This document shows positions 38,701 through 48,200 of a DNA stretch of 64,000 bases, piece after piece (position 1 is the first letter of the stretch; each line of letters begins with the position of its first letter). The stretch is from a virus. Taxonomy: Duplodnaviria > Caudoviricetes. Below the pieces are notes generated by a model that did not search any database, had not been told where the DNA came from, and saw only the letters and a list, made by a program, of their open reading frames with translations. The stretch is from the IMG/VR virus record IMGVR_UViG_3300025840_004398, one strand, 5' to 3'. The position numbers and the translations under genes were made by a program.

Positions 38701-41502
38701 GGTGACTCAACTAATTTAAATGCTCTTTTAATTAGTTCAAGTGATGAGGTAATTTACAGAGGATTGGGTTCTGCAGCATTTGTTCACTATTCACAATCAA
38801 TTGATGATGGTAACCCTGCAGTAATTGGTACTGCTGGAGCGGTTAAATCATATGTTGATGCTAAGATAATTGCCGCTGGTGCTGGTGATATTACCGCAGT
38901 AACACCTCGTATTGGTGGTGGTTTATTAGGTGGTGGTTTTGTTGGTCATGTTTCTTTATCACTTGATACTGGTTCAGCTCATTTTACCGAGGGTGTTCAT
39001 ACAAAAATAGATAATCTTAGATTAATAAGTGGTTCTTCACAATTAACATCTTCATTTGTACAAACAACTGGTGATGAAACTATTGGTGGTAATAAAACAT
39101 TTAGTGGTAATTTAATTATACAAGGAGACTTATCCGCACTTGGTCAATTAACTTATATTTCATCTTCTGTTGTTACAATAGAGGATAATTTTATAAGAGT
39201 AAATTATGGTGGAAGTGGAGTAGATGGTGGTATTCAAGTAACTGATGCCTTTGGAGTAAACACAATAACTGGTTCATTGGCTTATGATGCTAACTTAGAT
39301 TATTGGAAAGCTGGTAAAAGTGGTCTTGAGTCAAGAATTATATTAGAGAGTGATGGTGTAGTTTCACAATCAATACAAATTAATGTTCAAGAAACTACAA
39401 ACTATTCTGCTATTAACCAATATTCGGATACAAAAGTTGAAACTTTTGTAAATAATAGAGATTTTCATAGTGGTTCTTATCTTGGAATTGCAACAACTTC
39501 AGATTTAGATGAAGGATTAAATAAATACTATACCGATTCAAGGGTACTAAATTACATAAATAGTATAAGTGTATTATCTGGTTCCGTTGATTTAAGTACA
39601 TTAGTAACTACTTCTTCTTTTCAGTCTTACACTCAATCAAATGATAGTAGAGTTAGTGCATTAGAAAATTGGTCATCTTCACTTGATAGTTCTTACGTTA
39701 CTGAGGGTGAATTGACTACTTTAAGTCAATCTATTGATAATACAATATCAACAAAATTAAATACAGGTTCATATAATACAGACTCACAATCATTCGACTC
39801 AAGAATTGATACACTAGAAGGAGCTTCTAACGAAAACCCATTAACATTTAGCGATACAACCACTATTACTTTAAATAGAGTTGGTGATAATATTACCGCT
39901 GATGCTATAGGTGGTATTATTTCATCATCCATTCAGATAGATAATTTAGGATTCTTACAAGTAAATGGTGACAACGTAGTTTCTTCATCTGCACAAGTAA
40001 TATCTTTACTTCCAAGTGGAGTAGTGAGTGGTTCATCTCAAATTACAGATGGAAGTGGATTAGTATCTTCATCAACTCAAATAACAGCTGGAAGTGGATT
40101 AGTAAGTGGTTCAGACCAAGTAACTTCTTCACTTGATTTAAGATATCATAAAGAATCAGACCACCAACTTTTTTCACAATCAGTTGACTCTAGAATAGAC
40201 ACATTAGAAGGTACATCAAATGAAAGTCCTCTAACATTTAATGATACATCCACAATTGATTTGGTTAGAACTGGAGATACAATAACCGCAAATGCAATAG
40301 GTGGAATCGTTTCAAGTTCTCAACAAGTTAAAGATTTAGGATTTGTTGATTTATCATCTACACAAACGATTAGTGGAACAAAAACATTTACTGATATTGT
40401 TGTAAATGGAACAGGTTCATTTGCATATATTGAATCGGTAAGTGGTACTGCTAAAATTATTGGTGATGCTTATATAGTTGTTAACAACAATACACCAACA
40501 GAAAGATATGCAGGTTTATCAGTTTATGATTCTGGTTCTGCTAACACTACCGCATCTTTACAATTTGATGGACAAACAAACGATTGGTTCTATTCCTATG
40601 ACGATGGTGCAATTGATTATGGTGTTGTCTTATTTGGACCAGAATATAGTACAAAAGGTTCACCAACTTATCCATCAAATAACAAAGTTCTAAAAGGAAC
40701 AGGAGGACATCATTTAGCAGATTCTAATATTACAGATAATGGAACTACTATTAATCTTGGTTCTAATACAACTGTAAGTGGAACATTAGTATCAACAGGT
40801 ACAACCATAGTATCTCAGTCATTACTTAACGATTTAACTGATAGTGAAGTAAACCAACTTAAAAATATTGGTACAAGTACAATTTCTGCAACTCAATGGG
40901 GTTATTTAGGTTCATCTGACCAAGGAATTGCAAGTGGAGATGACCCTACCTTTAATACTTTAACTTTAGATGTTGCCGATGGTACTGCACCAATGACAGT
41001 TACTTCAACTACAAAAGTAACTAATCTGAATGCAGACCTATTAGATGGTTTAACTTCTGATGACTTCCTTCGTTCAGACGCATTAGGTGGGGAAATCACA
41101 TTCTCTAATACAACTAACTCAACTTCAAAAACAACTGGAGCAGTTAAAATAAGTGGTGGTGTTGGTATAGCTAAAACTTTAAATGTTGGAGAAGATATCG
41201 TTGCATACGCATCCTCAGATAGAAGATTAAAAGATGAAATCCAACCAATTTCTAACCCAATTGAAAAAATTTCTAAAATTGGTGGGTATTCTTTTGTATG
41301 GAATGGTGAAAAACAGAATATTTATAAAGGTAAAGATTATGGAGTGATAGCTCAAGAAATTGAAGAAATCTTACCAGAATTGGTTGATACACGAGAAAAT
41401 GGGTATAAAGCCGTTAAATATGATAAGTTAGTATCACTTCTTATCGAAGGTATCAAAGAACTTTCTGAAGAAGTAAAAGAATTAAAAGAAAAAATTAAAT
41501 AG
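35752..41502 (+). CDS. Long fibre protein with extended coiled-coil repeats and a C-terminal S74 intramolecular chaperone
   Basis: 1916 aa; many SSSVDSRLDxxE units; ASSDRRLKD...YGVIAQEIEEILPELV...YKAVKYDKL..LLIE.IKEL. Confidence 0.85.
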   Translation: MAAILKLRRGTTIPSLVQSELFYNTSNDILLVGDGSSQISIVKIGSNTGSIEFTGAVTASSISSSGDVIANNISASNLDLTGNAVIDGNITLGGNIYLGDQIADNINVTAQFSGSLIPSASNEYDLGSSVKKWRNLWVVSASIDDLTVGGSGILSSSNENFTTFSSSVDSRLDNTETTGSDHESRIDILETTFSSSVDTRLDNAETTGSDHESRLDTIETTFSSSVDSRLDLLEITGSDHESRIDEIETTFSSSVDSRLDTLEGPFSTSVDTRLDNTESTGSDHETRIDEIETTFSSSVDLRLDTLEGPFSTSVDSRLDNAELTGSDHESRLDTIETTFSSSVDFRLDNTELTGSDHESRIDILETTFSSSVDSRLDTLEGPFSTSVDSRLDDLETFSQSLDAEFLNTNGDGVVSGSDQVTQSLDLRYLEINGDNVFTQSSQVNADDITNFDSNVKDKMNADTVVSGSSQILDGSGILSSSNENFTTFSSSIDGRVDILETTFSSSVDSRLDELEGNFSSSVDSQLNGLYTYTSSLKNSIEVSGANLTVLGNLTVQGTQTSLNTNDLIVEDKLIAIASGSTSSATSDGAGLFISGANASITWNHADSVLEFNTKVSSSIGFKGDGSELIDIQHGNVDFGGSDIISGSSQVTQSLDTRYLEINGDSVVSSSQQISNYNTFLEINGDSVVSSSQQISNYNVFAELNGDNLVSSSQQISDYNTFLEINSDSVVSSSQQISNYGIFAELNGDNLVSSSQQISNYGIFAELNGDNLVSSSQQVIGHLPTGIISGSTYTNFSSSVDSRLDTLEGSFSTSVDLRLDNAESTGSDHESRLDTLETTFSSSVDSRLDTLEGSFSTSVDFRLDNTESTGSDHESRLDTLETTFSSSVDSRLDYVETTFSSSVDGRLDLLENFSSSEYITDSSSFDGRLDNIETFTSSIDSRVSAVEGTSHTHSNKANLDAINQNLSTTSNVTFDKINISSVSLGDSTNLNALLISSSDEVIYRGLGSAAFVHYSQSIDDGNPAVIGTAGAVKSYVDAKIIAAGAGDITAVTPRIGGGLLGGGFVGHVSLSLDTGSAHFTEGVHTKIDNLRLISGSSQLTSSFVQTTGDETIGGNKTFSGNLIIQGDLSALGQLTYISSSVVTIEDNFIRVNYGGSGVDGGIQVTDAFGVNTITGSLAYDANLDYWKAGKSGLESRIILESDGVVSQSIQINVQETTNYSAINQYSDTKVETFVNNRDFHSGSYLGIATTSDLDEGLNKYYTDSRVLNYINSISVLSGSVDLSTLVTTSSFQSYTQSNDSRVSALENWSSSLDSSYVTEGELTTLSQSIDNTISTKLNTGSYNTDSQSFDSRIDTLEGASNENPLTFSDTTTITLNRVGDNITADAIGGIISSSIQIDNLGFLQVNGDNVVSSSAQVISLLPSGVVSGSSQITDGSGLVSSSTQITAGSGLVSGSDQVTSSLDLRYHKESDHQLFSQSVDSRIDTLEGTSNESPLTFNDTSTIDLVRTGDTITANAIGGIVSSSQQVKDLGFVDLSSTQTISGTKTFTDIVVNGTGSFAYIESVSGTAKIIGDAYIVVNNNTPTERYAGLSVYDSGSANTTASLQFDGQTNDWFYSYDDGAIDYGVVLFGPEYSTKGSPTYPSNNKVLKGTGGHHLADSNITDNGTTINLGSNTTVSGTLVSTGTTIVSQSLLNDLTDSEVNQLKNIGTSTISATQWGYLGSSDQGIASGDDPTFNTLTLDVADGTAPMTVTSTTKVTNLNADLLDGLTSDDFLRSDALGGEITFSNTTNSTSKTTGAVKISGGVGIAKTLNVGEDIVAYASSDRRLKDEIQPISNPIEKISKIGGYSFVWNGEKQNIYKGKDYGVIAQEIEEILPELVDTRENGYKAVKYDKLVSLLIEGIKELSEEVKELKEKIK
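36238..36945 (+). repeat. Degenerate coiled-coil repeat array (TFSSSVDSRLD / TGSDHESRLD); second block near 38131-38580
   Basis: Read directly in protein and DNA. Confidence 0.85.
37726..38082 (+). repeat. About 5.7 x 63-nt tandem repeat ((L/A)E(I/L)NGD.(V/L)VSSSQQIS.Y..F)
   Basis: Read directly; the last units are near-identical at DNA level. Confidence 0.9.
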
Positions 41503-41513
41503 GAAACCTATAT

Positions 41514-42149
41514 ATGGCTCAGATAATTAAATTAAAAAGAAGTTTAGTTCAAGGCAATGAACCAACTACTTCTGACTTATCACCTGGAGAATTAGCAATA
41601 AACGTTTATGATGGTAAAGTATTCCTAAGAAAGTCAGGCTCTGCTGTTGGTGATACCGTTCAAGAATTAGTAACAAATAACTTCACAGGTTCAGTTAACA
41701 TACAAGGTACAGTATCAGCTTCATTTTATCAAGGAGACGGTTCTCAACTGAGCGGTATTACAGTTGCTCAATCAGCAACAGTTAGAAAATATTATAATGG
41801 TTCAACTTGGGTAGTAACTCATAATTTAGATACCCCAAATCCATTAGTACAGACTTATGATAGTGATAATTATCAAATTATCCCACAATCAATTAGATTA
41901 ACAGATAACAATACTATAACAATTACTTTCCCAAGTATAGTTAGTGGTTCTGCAGTTGTAGGTAAAGGTGGTCATATTGTTAGTGGTTCGGTAGATGCCG
42001 ACAACGTTACTGGTTTCGATACAAAAGTAAAAACAAAATTAAATATAGAAGGAGTATTTAGTAGTTCACAACAAGTTGTCTTACAAGGTGATGTAACCGG
42101 AACTGCAGCTTCATCATCAATTGCAGAAATTGATGGAGGTAATATATAA
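41514..42149 (+). CDS. Short fibre adaptor-like protein (IKLKRS...GELAIN.YDG N-terminus; IDGGNI C-terminus)
   Basis: 211 aa; contains a THNL....VQTYD...IIPQ...KGGH domain. Confidence 0.75.
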   Translation: MAQIIKLKRSLVQGNEPTTSDLSPGELAINVYDGKVFLRKSGSAVGDTVQELVTNNFTGSVNIQGTVSASFYQGDGSQLSGITVAQSATVRKYYNGSTWVVTHNLDTPNPLVQTYDSDNYQIIPQSIRLTDNNTITITFPSIVSGSAVVGKGGHIVSGSVDADNVTGFDTKVKTKLNIEGVFSSSQQVVLQGDVTGTAASSSIAEIDGGNI

Positions 42150-42155
42150 TAACGA

Positions 42156-42165
42156 TATATTTATA
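42156..42165 (+). promoter_or_regulatory. Putative late promoter box TATATTTATA
   Basis: Recurrent motif. Confidence 0.55.
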
Positions 42166-42188
42166 ATATAAACAAAGAGGAATAAAAA

Positions 42189-45155
42189 ATGATTATACAC
42201 AGTCCCGTAATTTCAGGTTCATTAACCTTCGCAGAAGGAGCTACATTCACATTACCAGATAATGGTGTTTATAGTGGTTCATTCTCAGGTTCAATACAAA
42301 CCGCAGGTGGTTCATTAACAATTGATGATACTACGTTCTCAAGCTTCAGTTCATCTGTATCAAGTTCTATTGGTGGAATATCCACAGACTTTGCAGATTT
42401 TAGTGGAAACGTAACAGCATCAGCAGTTTCTGCCAGTGGAGTGATAAGTGGTTCTCAAATAGTAGCTGCCCAAGCTCATATTGATGGAATTACTTTTAAC
42501 GTTGGTACAAATAATATGGTATCCATTGGAAGTAGCACAGGAGCAAATCCATTTAATTTGGGTGACCAAGGTTTATATATTAATTCTTCTGTTGGTAACA
42601 CATCCGGATTCATTTCATTAGCAAATCAAGGAACAACAAAGGGTTCTATCTACTCTTATAATGGTTCCTTTATTATACAACCAGCAACTGGAGAAGATAC
42701 AATAATTTACGCAGATGGTGGAAATGGTGGATTATTACTTGATGCTGATGGGACTGCATCACTTGATTATCACTTATTACCAACTACCAACGTTGCACAA
42801 GATTTAGGTTCTCCTACTCTAAGATGGAGAGATTTATATCTTTCTGGAAATACCTTCAACTTGGGTGGTACTAAAATAAAAGCACCAGCTGCTGGAGGAC
42901 TTACTTTTACAAATGCAGATGATACTCCAGCTACGGTAACTGCAGCTCAACTTGTAGTTTCAAGTTCAGCAGGTGAGGTAGTATTGGAAGTTGATACAGA
43001 TACAGGAGGACTTAAAACAACAACTACGGCTGGTGTAACTGGTTCTTCTGCAAACATTAACCCAACAGATGGTACACTACCATATAGAAGTGGTTCTGAT
43101 TTTGGAGATTCCTTTTTAGCACAATCAGCTACATCTATTGATATAGGTGGCCACTTTATTCCTAGTGCACACAACACTTATGATTTAGGTTCTACTACAA
43201 AATATTGGAGAGACCTTTATCTATCATCTGGTTCCCTTTATATCAATGGTGTTCAAGTACTTTCAACAACTGGAACTGATTTCTTAGTACAAACAGATGG
43301 TGGTGAGAACTTTAAAATCCAAGAAACTGGTGCTGATACAATCACACTAGAAACTGCAAATGGTGATATTACTCTTACCGCTACTGGTACTGGTAACATT
43401 GAATTAGATGCACCTGTTCAAATTGCAGCAGGAAAAAACATTTTATCTTCTGATGGAAATGCAATTTCATTTGCAAGTGATATCAATGCGGGTACTAATA
43501 GAATTTATTCAACAAATATTGGTAAATTAGATGGTACTTCAACTGTAACAGGTTCATTTGAAGGTGATGGTAGTGGATTGACTGGATTACCAACAAATTT
43601 AACTCTTTCTGGTTCTAGTGGAAATGATGTATTAAGTTTACTTGATGATGCACTTTCAATTATTGGTACTACTAATGAAGTTGAAACAACGGTAACTGAT
43701 AATACTGTTACAGTTGGATTACCAAATGATGTAACTATTGGAAATGATTTAACAGTTGGAAACGACTTAACAGTAACAAGCAATACTACTATTCTTGGAA
43801 ACTTAACAGTACAAGGTACACAAACTCAACTTAATACTGCAACACTTAATATTGAAGATAAAAACTTACTAATTGCAAGTGGAGCAGCCGATTCACCAGC
43901 AGCAAATGGAGCTGGTATTACAATCGATGGAGCAAGTGTAACATTCAATTGGGATAGTACTCAAAATAGAATGGATTTAAGTTCAGATTTAGAAATCACT
44001 GGAGGTGATTTGTATGTTGATACTATTCATGGAGTAGGTGGTACTGATGTTGCTATTGATTCAAGTCATACCCTTTCAGTTGCAGCAGAAAAATTAAAAA
44101 TTGGTGGAACTCCAGTAACATCAACTGCAGCAGAACTTAACTTATTAGATACTGCAGTTGCAGGAACGATAGTTAACTCAAAAGCAGTAATCTATGGGGC
44201 AGCTGGAGAAGTAAACGCAACTACACTACAAATTGGTGGAACTTCTATTACGGCAACAGCAACAGAACTTAATCAATTAGATGATAACACGGTAGGTGGT
44301 ACAACCGCAGGAGATATTGTAACAATAGATGCTACTCAAACACTTACTAATAAAACAATAGCAGCTTCACAAGTAACTGAAATCAGTAACTTAACTGCAG
44401 ATGAAGGTGCTCAGTTAGAGAACATTGGTACAACTACAATTTCAGCAGCTCAATGGGGTTACTTAGGTGGTTTAACCGCTACTAATACAGAACTTAATCA
44501 ATTAGATGGTAATACAGTAGGTGGTACAACTGCAGGAGATATTGTAACAATAGATGGTTCACAAACTCTTAGTAACAAAACAATTGCAGCTTCACAAGTA
44601 ACTGAAATCAGTAACTTAACTGCAGATGAAGGAGCTCAATTAGAAAATATTGGCACAACTACAATCTCATCAACTCAATGGGGTTACTTAGGAGCAATGA
44701 ACCAAGGTGTAACTACCACATCTAGTGTAACATTTGCTAGTGTATCTTCTACTGGTGACGTTATTGCATACGCTTCCTCTGATGAAAGATTAAAAGATAA
44801 TATTTCAAATATTACTGAACCAATCAGTAAATTGAATGAAATTAGAGGTGTAAAATGGGAATGGAACGATAACGCAGATTCACTCCAAAAACAACTACCA
44901 ACAGTTGGTGTAATTGCTCAAGAAGTAGAAAAGGTTTTACCTGAACTTGTAAATACAAGAGATAATGGATATAAAGCAGTTGACTACTCAAAATTAACAG
45001 CACTTCTAATTGAATGTATAAAAGAGCAACAAAAAGAAATCGAAGGTTTACATACATCTTTACAATCTCAAAATGAGACAAACAATGAATTAATTCAGAA
45101 TGCTTTGTCTAAAATTAATGATTTAAAGGATGAAGTAGACCAACTAAAATCTTAA
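42189..45155 (+). CDS. Fibre protein with a C-terminal S74 intramolecular chaperone
   Basis: 988 aa; ASSDERLKDNI...GVIAQEVEKVLPELV...YKAVDYSKL..LLIE. Confidence 0.85.
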   Translation: MIIHSPVISGSLTFAEGATFTLPDNGVYSGSFSGSIQTAGGSLTIDDTTFSSFSSSVSSSIGGISTDFADFSGNVTASAVSASGVISGSQIVAAQAHIDGITFNVGTNNMVSIGSSTGANPFNLGDQGLYINSSVGNTSGFISLANQGTTKGSIYSYNGSFIIQPATGEDTIIYADGGNGGLLLDADGTASLDYHLLPTTNVAQDLGSPTLRWRDLYLSGNTFNLGGTKIKAPAAGGLTFTNADDTPATVTAAQLVVSSSAGEVVLEVDTDTGGLKTTTTAGVTGSSANINPTDGTLPYRSGSDFGDSFLAQSATSIDIGGHFIPSAHNTYDLGSTTKYWRDLYLSSGSLYINGVQVLSTTGTDFLVQTDGGENFKIQETGADTITLETANGDITLTATGTGNIELDAPVQIAAGKNILSSDGNAISFASDINAGTNRIYSTNIGKLDGTSTVTGSFEGDGSGLTGLPTNLTLSGSSGNDVLSLLDDALSIIGTTNEVETTVTDNTVTVGLPNDVTIGNDLTVGNDLTVTSNTTILGNLTVQGTQTQLNTATLNIEDKNLLIASGAADSPAANGAGITIDGASVTFNWDSTQNRMDLSSDLEITGGDLYVDTIHGVGGTDVAIDSSHTLSVAAEKLKIGGTPVTSTAAELNLLDTAVAGTIVNSKAVIYGAAGEVNATTLQIGGTSITATATELNQLDDNTVGGTTAGDIVTIDATQTLTNKTIAASQVTEISNLTADEGAQLENIGTTTISAAQWGYLGGLTATNTELNQLDGNTVGGTTAGDIVTIDGSQTLSNKTIAASQVTEISNLTADEGAQLENIGTTTISSTQWGYLGAMNQGVTTTSSVTFASVSSTGDVIAYASSDERLKDNISNITEPISKLNEIRGVKWEWNDNADSLQKQLPTVGVIAQEVEKVLPELVNTRDNGYKAVDYSKLTALLIECIKEQQKEIEGLHTSLQSQNETNNELIQNALSKINDLKDEVDQLKS
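44262..44693 (+). repeat. 225-nt tandem duplication (TELNQLD...QWGYLG)
   Basis: Units start at 44262 and 44487. Confidence 0.85.
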
Positions 45156-45174
45156 AAATAAAGGTAATATTAAT

Positions 45175-45218
45175 AACCCTCCTTTATAGGGGGGTTTAAT
45201 CCTTATATAAGGATTTTT
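45175..45218 (+). terminator. Tandem hairpins after the fibre gene: AACCCTCCT/AGGGGGGTT and the palindrome AATCCTTATATAAGGATT followed by T
   Basis: Read directly. Confidence 0.65.
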
Positions 45219-45263
45219 ATTTACCAACTAATTATATAATGAAATCGGTAATAAGTCATAAAT

Positions 45264-48200
45264 ATGGCACAAGTAGTAAAATTAAAAAGAACATCAGTAC
45301 AGGGTAAAATACCTACTACTTCCAATCTTGAATTGGGAGAGTTGGCAATAAACACTTATGATGGTAGGATATTTTTTGAAAAAGATGATGGAATTCAATC
45401 TATACAAGAAATTCTTACCACAAATGCATTAAACTCAGGGTCTTTTAATTTAATAGGTGCTATATCGGCTTCTTCATTCGTTTCAGCTTCACATTTTGTT
45501 GGTGATGGTAGTGGACTTATTAATGTTACTGCTACTTCTGTTCCCTTTAGTTCTATAACAGGAAAACCAACTCTTGTAAGTGGTTCATCTCAAATTGATG
45601 TAACTCAAACTCAATTATATTCTTCATTAGCAACTACTGGTTCAAATACATTTGTAGGTTCACAAACAATACAAAATTCAAGTGTTGGTGCAAATTATTC
45701 TTTACAAGTACAAGGTTCAACAACAGGAGATAGATTTGGTGTAATTACTAACTCTACTGCTGGAAATGGAATTGTAATTAATTCAAGAAATGCATCTAAT
45801 ACTACCAATACTAAATTATCATTTAGTGGTTCTTCATTTGAATTTGGTGGTGGAGATGTAACATTTTTAGATAATGTAACAATCGATGGTACATTAACCA
45901 TAAATTCTGCAGCAGATGTTTTAATTGAAGAAAATACACTAAAGTTAAACTATGGAAAATCATTTGATAGTGGTGGATTAGAAGTTGCTGGCACAAATGG
46001 AACAGGTTCATTATTATGGGATGATGCGACAAGTAGATGGATTGCTGGTACTTTAGGAAGTGAAGTTCCTATTTTATTAAATTCATCTCAGGTGACACTT
46101 AGTGGTGTAACTGGATTTACGGCATTTTCATCTTCAGTAGATTCAAGATTAGATGCACTTGAAATCGATACTGGTTCACAAGACAATAGAATAGATTCTT
46201 TAGAATCATTTTCATCTTCTCTATCAACAACAGAAAACACATATAGTGGTTCATTTAGTGGTTCTTTTGTTGGAGATGGTTCTCAACTTAGTGGTGTAAC
46301 ATCTTATACAGATGCAGATACACTTGTATATATCAATTCACAAGGGGTAATTAGTGGTTCATCTCAATTAGAAGGTTTTGTTTCACAAAGTGGAAACTTT
46401 GTAGCTAATGAAACCATAATAGCTACCGGTACAAACTCAGTTACTTCTTCAAATATACTTGCATTAGATACTACAAACAATTACTTAGGTATCAATCAAT
46501 CCAACCCAGAAGTTACACTTCATATGACGGGTGATGGTGCACAAACTGCTCAAATTAGAATGGAGCAGTTTAACGATAGTTCAGATGCACCTGATATTAG
46601 AACAAGAAAAGCCAGAGGTACTTCAGCATCACCTGCAAAAAATAATGCTGGTGATTTTATATACAGACAAAATTCTGAAAGATATAATGGTTCAGCATAT
46701 ACCACAGTAGGTCAATTTGCAGTAGATACAAATAGCTCAAATGCAGATAGATTCCAACTTACTTTGACAGTTAGTGAAGATGGTAACACAATCGATGCTG
46801 CTGCTGCACAATTTAAGATTGATGGTAATGATGGTGGTGCGATTACTTTTAACGATGCATATAAATTCCCAACATCTGATGGAACAAATGGACAAGCACT
46901 TGTTACAAATGGTAGTGGTGTTTTAAGCTTTGTTACTGCAACATCTTATACAGATGCAGATACACTTCTATATATCAATTCACAGGGGGTAATTAGTGGA
47001 AGTTCTCAAGTTACTTCTTCATTATTAAATCAAGATGTTGATTTAGGTACTGGTGATTTAACTGCAACTGATATTACATCTACTAACTTTACCATAAACG
47101 ATACCTTAACTGCTCCTACTATTACAGGTTCGTTACTCCGTCTTGATGAAAATGGTAGTGGATTACGAATGACCAATGTTGGTGCATTCGATAACTCATC
47201 AGGTGATTTTAGAATATTTGCAAATCAAGACTTAATTCTTGCTACAAATGGTCAAAATGGTACAGCAGTTACCATTGACCAAACTACAAAAGATGCTACA
47301 TTTACAGGTAATATATCAGCAGTAAATCTTACCTTGAGTGGTGATTTAACTGTTAGTGGAACGACCACAACAGTAAATTCAGAAACAATTAACATCTCAG
47401 GTTCATTACTAAAACTTAATTATGGTGGTGGTGCAGTAGATGGTGGAATAGAAGTAACTGATTCAACCCTAAGTGGTTTAGATACTGGTTCTTTAATATG
47501 GGATGGTACTAACAACTATTGGAAAGCTGGAGTAAAAGGTTCAGAAGTTAAATTATTAAGAGCAGAAGGAGATGGAATCCTTTCTGGTTCTCAACAAGTA
47601 ATAGATTCTTTACCAAGTGGTGTAATTAGTGGTTCATCACAAATAACAGATGGAAGTGGTATTTTATCATCATCAAACGAAAACTTTACAACATTTAGTT
47701 CTTCAGTAGATTCAAGATTAGATGCACTTGAAATCGATACTGGTTCTCAAGATAGTAGATTAGATTCTTTAGAATTATTTTCATCTTCTCTATCAACAAC
47801 AGAAAACACATATAGTGGTTCATTTAGTGGTTCATTTAGTGGTTCATTCGCACTTGAAAATGTAACTACTGATATTTTACCAGTTGACAACGAAGTACAA
47901 AGTTTAGGTTCTCCTACCAAGAGATTTGCGGAAGTTTATTTAAGTAACAATTCTGCTAAATTCCCAAGTGGTAGTTTCGGGATGAATGATTTTGGTGATT
48001 TTACATTAGAAGATAATAATGGAGATGCTACATCTCTTATAACATCCGTACTTAAATTAAAAGATACTGTTACCGATACAATATATAGTATAACGGCTGC
48101 TAATGATATAGTTGAAGTAAGTACTGATGTTAGTGTATCTGGTGATATTACTTTATCTGGAACAGTTGATGGAATCGACCTTCAATCATTTAGTTCTTCG

